21,889 nt of DNA, taken from assembly GCA_964411615.1 (NCBI GenBank), contig CAYPLO010000028.1:1-21889 (forward strand), given 5' to 3'. This DNA is from an uncultured Aquificales bacterium (lineage in GTDB: Bacteria > Thermosulfidibacterota > Thermosulfidibacteria > Thermosulfidibacterales > Thermosulfidibacteraceae). Both the position numbers and the translations under genes were made by a program. Below the pieces are notes generated by a model. That model saw only the letters and a program-made list of their open reading frames with translations, ran no database searches and was not told the origin of the DNA. Below are positions 20,446 to 21,889 of this stretch, one piece after another. How positions within the stretch are numbered: the first letter of the stretch is position 1; each line of letters begins with the position of its first letter.

Positions 20446-20906
20446 TGCTTGTTGCCCTTCTGGCCCTATCATGCACAAAAAAGGGGCAGGAAAGGCCCAT
20501 TCTGGCCCCCTACTTTGAAGTGAAGGGGCTTGACGGAAAAGTCCACAAGCTGACCGACTACAGGGGAAAACCTCTTCTGGTAGTCTTCTGGGCCACCTGG
20601 TGCCCCACATGCCACAGGGAGTTGCACAGGATGGCCCAGAGGTATCAGGAGATTAAAAAAGCCGGACTGCAAGTGCTTCTAATATGCGAAAGCAAGGACC
20701 CTGAGGCCATAAAAAGAACCGCAGAAGAGTACGGATTCAGCAACATGCCCATAGCCATCATCTCTGACCAGATGATGATGGACTACCAGTGGGTGAGGTT
20801 CTTACCCACCGGTATCCTGATAGACGCTAAGGGCTACATAGTTAAGCGATTCACAGGGGAGCTGCCGATTGACGAGATACTTAAATCAGCATCAGAAGCC
20901 AGATAG
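20421..20906 (+). CDS. TlpA/ResA-like thiol-disulfide oxidoreductase lipoprotein
   Basis: Lipobox [25 protein letters not shown] active site, [12 protein letters not shown] cis-Pro region. Confidence 0.88.
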   Translation: MLRRLLFVMLVALLALSCTKKGQERPILAPYFEVKGLDGKVHKLTDYRGKPLLVVFWATWCPTCHRELHRMAQRYQEIKKAGLQVLLICESKDPEAIKRTAEEYGFSNMPIAIISDQMMMDYQWVRFLPTGILIDAKGYIVKRFTGELPIDEILKSASEAR

Positions 20907-21458
20907 AGCCTTCATCTTCTCAATAGCGCATTGCATAAGCTCTACGCTACCCTCTTTGGGGGTGAAGACAGCCATCCTCTCCACCCATTTACCACCCTCG
21001 TGATAACGGCACTCCTCTATGAGTAGATACCTGGTCTCCACCCCCTTTGCCTCAACCCTGAATAGCCTGTTTATGCAGGAGTACTTCCCCTGGAAGTGCA
21101 CTCGCTCATCATCGCTCATACCGTAGATGTAAATCATCTTGGTGAAACTGCCCTTTGGAACACTGCTAAGCTCAGAATACCTCTCAACAGGCACATATCT
21201 GAACATGCAGTCCCTAAAGATATCCCTTCTTACCTTAACCGCAGCTTTAAACCTCTCCCTCATCTTCCCAATGGGTATCCCCTGTTTCTGGGCATCGTAC
21301 CTCACAATACTATCAAGAAACCCATCAGGAGGCATCATAGACTCAACAACAGAACCAGCATCCTTTGCAACATAGGCCCTCATAAAATCATCACCGCAGG
21401 AAGCCCATACAGTGGTCCACAAACCCGCCAGTAAAACAACAACCGATACCTTTTTCAC
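20892..21458 (-). CDS. Hypothetical exported protein
   Basis: 188-aa ORF with GTG start, AGGGGG RBS and Sec-type signal [19 protein letters not shown]; five Cys; no family recognised. Confidence 0.65.
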   Translation of the reverse strand: MKKVSVVVLLAGLWTTVWASCGDDFMRAYVAKDAGSVVESMMPPDGFLDSIVRYDAQKQGIPIGKMRERFKAAVKVRRDIFRDCMFRYVPVERYSELSSVPKGSFTKMIYIYGMSDDERVHFQGKYSCINRLFRVEAKGVETRYLLIEECRYHEGGKWVERMAVFTPKEGSVELMQCAIEKMKALSGF

Positions 21459-21526
21459 ATCAAACCCCCTTGAAGTTTTACGGGATTATCCCATACTGGA
21501 GGGATAAAACCAACGGGGAGGAAAAA

Positions 21527-21889
21527 ATGAAATACGGTGAGAAGGAGATAGCGGAGGCAAGGCTCGAGGCATGGCCGAACCCATCAGAGAACACCTACAC
21601 CATAGAGATAACCTTCCCCGAGTTCACCTGCCTCTGCCCCCGCTCTGGATACCCTGATTTTGCCACCATAAGGATAAGATACATACCGGACAGGTACATA
21701 GTGGAGTTGAAGTCCCTCAAGCTCTACCTCAACAAGTACCGCAGCATGTACATATCCCACGAAGAGGCAACAAACAGAATCTTCAACGACCTCAAAGAAC
21801 TACTCAAACCCAAGTTCCTTGAGGTGATAGGGGACTTCAACCCCAGGGGTAACGTGAAGACGGTGATAAAGGTCAGCACAGAAGACCCC
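21527..21889 (+). CDS. queF: NADPH-dependent 7-cyano-7-deazaguanine reductase QueF (short type; runs off window end)
   Basis: Not in the ORF track; translated by hand: [61 protein letters not shown] upstream. Confidence 0.95.
   Translation, partial: MKYGEKEIAEARLEAWPNPSENTYTIEITFPEFTCLCPRSGYPDFATIRIRYIPDRYIVELKSLKLYLNKYRSMYISHEEATNRIFNDLKELLKPKFLEVIGDFNPRGNVKTVIKVSTEDP

Noticed and set aside
21459..21526. preQ1 riboswitch upstream of queF
   Set aside because: The hairpin loop and 3' tail do not match the preQ1-I pattern as far as I can see; kept only as an unexplained inverted repeat.

Overview
GC-rich bacterial chromosomal window. Heavy AGG/ATA codon use and Glu/Lys/Arg-rich proteins suggest a thermophile (inference). 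About 19.3 kb is one tightly packed minus-strand run of 18 genes: dnaK, class-B dnaJ, hspR, clpB, an RpoS-like sigma70, an Fe-alcohol dehydrogenase, an eight-gene MSHA/Cts-like type IV filament machine (mshIJKLMNEG-like, no pilin genes), rmuC, a DtxR/MntR regulator, a ZnuA/TroA-like binding protein and dnaX (truncated by the window edge). The only clear promoter I found for this run is a near-consensus sigma70 promoter overlapped by an HspR HAIR-like inverted repeat. Divergent from it lies an HNH endonuclease - DciA/DUF721 - TlpA run, followed by a convergent lower-GC exported hypothetical gene and queF (truncated). I saw no rRNA, tRNA, CRISPR or mobile element. The best leads are a possible heat-shock-linked sigma/pilus/RmuC (DNA uptake?) module and an alternative-pairing RNA element at the dnaJ RBS.
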